A DNA stretch of 63,814 nt, filler included, from Octopus bimaculoides (taxonomy: Eukaryota), in the NCBI RefSeq assembly GCF_001194135.2. It is 6 parts of 5 records of this genome, joined end to end, with 100 filler letters (N's around TTAATTAATTAA, not from the genome) between each part and the next. Parts side by side here need not be neighbours in the genome. Positions count along the whole stretch, not along the records: positions 60,307 to 63,814 come from NC_069004.1; 5 more parts are not named here. The stretch is one strand, 5' to 3'. A program made the translations under genes and the position numbers. Below the pieces are notes generated by a model that saw only the letters and a program-made list of their open reading frames with translations, ran no database searches and was not told where the DNA came from. Of the stretch, positions 62,690-63,814 are shown in pieces; positions within the stretch are counted from its first letter, which is position 1, and each line of letters begins with the position of its first letter.

Positions 62690-63761
62690 GGAAACTCGCC
62701 ATGCGAAAAAAAATTTTTATTTTTTATTTTTATTAAACTGGGAAAAAACGTAAGAGAAACTTCTGAAACACTTCAGACTTTTCATGGATTAACTTTTTCG
62801 CTGGCGCAAAAGGTTCAAAGACGGTAGAGAGAAAGGATGAGAGACTTCCATCAATGTGGACGACCTGGTTCTGTCAATATTGAACTTCTGTAAACCGTAG
62901 TTGAAGAAATCCAGAGCAAACTGTTCAAGAATTAGTAATATATTTCAATTCAAGTTGCATTTCGACAATAAAACACCTTCATGAACTGGAAGAAAGTGTC
63001 TAAACTTGGTCAGTGGGTCTTTCATTGTCTGACTGCTTCTCAGTTTAGCTAAAGTGTTGCTCGTTGCTCGCCATTGAAGTGTAGATTTGCTACCGAACCT
63101 TTCCTGCGTAGAATCATCTCAAGTGGTGAAGAAAGAGGTTCTCTATAATTCCAAAGAAACCGACGATGGTTCGCACCTGAGAAGAATCCACTCTCAAAAC
63201 TAAGACTATACACGAAAAAAATGTATCTGGAGGGATACATAGGATGTAGGATGTAGGATGTTGTCTATCATGAAGTGTTAAACGAAAAGGAAACATGCAG
63301 AGAAGTATTGCCGTTAACTGGAAATATTGTAAAACCAAATTGCAGGGAAGACTCTCCTATCATTGGTACATCGTAATGTGATGCTGCTCATACACAATAA
63401 TGCAAGCTCAAACATTACCTCAGTCAATCAGCGAAACATTATGACAATAAATAGAAATGCTTTCTCTCGTTCACCTTTTTCTTGTGACCTCGATCCATTT
63501 GACTCACCTTTTCGGATCATTTTGACATAATTTGAAGGAAAACAATTTATCGATTGTGAAGAGCTTAAAAATAATGTTGAGTGTTTGTTTGTTTCGAAAC
63601 CTGAAGAATTTTACGCCCGAGGGATCAACCACTTGCCAAGTAGACGAGATTCTTTTATCAATAATGAGGGAAAATATTACCTTGATTAGATATATCAATT
63701 AAGATCAAAGAAGTATTGTTTCTTTCTCACCTTGAGATGCGACAAGACTTTCTTTCCAATG

Positions 63762-63765
<4 letters not shown>
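62690..63765 (+). mobile_element. Decayed near-full-length mariner transposon (transposase pseudogene)
   Basis: Ordered peptides FIKLGKNVRETSETL, RWRKRFKDGRE, KVSKLGQWV, HNNAS (HDNARPH-like), SKPEEFYARGINHLPSR and NNEGKYYLD*, with many frameshifts and stops. Confidence 0.8.

Positions 63766-63814
<49 letters not shown>
63765..63814. repeat. (TA)n microsatellite
   Basis: Directly visible. Confidence 0.95.

Noticed and set aside
60300-62700. Short ORFs of 60-135 aa
   Set aside because: They overlap SINEs and microsatellites and show no recognisable domain.

Overview
Eukaryotic, AT-rich, gap-ridden draft-assembly window, most likely from a coleoid cephalopod (Octopus-like). This is an inference from the extreme microsatellite density, the SINE types and the transposon complement. 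No complete protein-coding gene, intact tRNA/rRNA or CRISPR array is supported, and nearly all ORF-track entries are microsatellite or N-gap artefacts. The window holds at least four SINE families (about 40 copies or fragments) and decayed LINEs: an L1/Tx1-like piece and a head-to-tail stack of R4/Dong-like RLE elements in (TAA)n. It also holds Penelope-like terminal repeats with hammerhead-ribozyme cores, mariner fossils and MITEs, a Mutator-like MITE with a perfect 9-bp TSD, a fossil MULE transposase and two long foldback palindromes. The most interesting signals are: (1) a 324-bp palindrome at 4943-5266 whose two arms each contain a hammerhead motif; (2) a window-wide set of hammerhead-like cores; (3) a CpG-depleted contig (55269-60206) bounded by artificial scaffold linkers; (4) a few candidate small exons of an unidentified gene. 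All family assignments come from motif recognition by eye, not from database searches.
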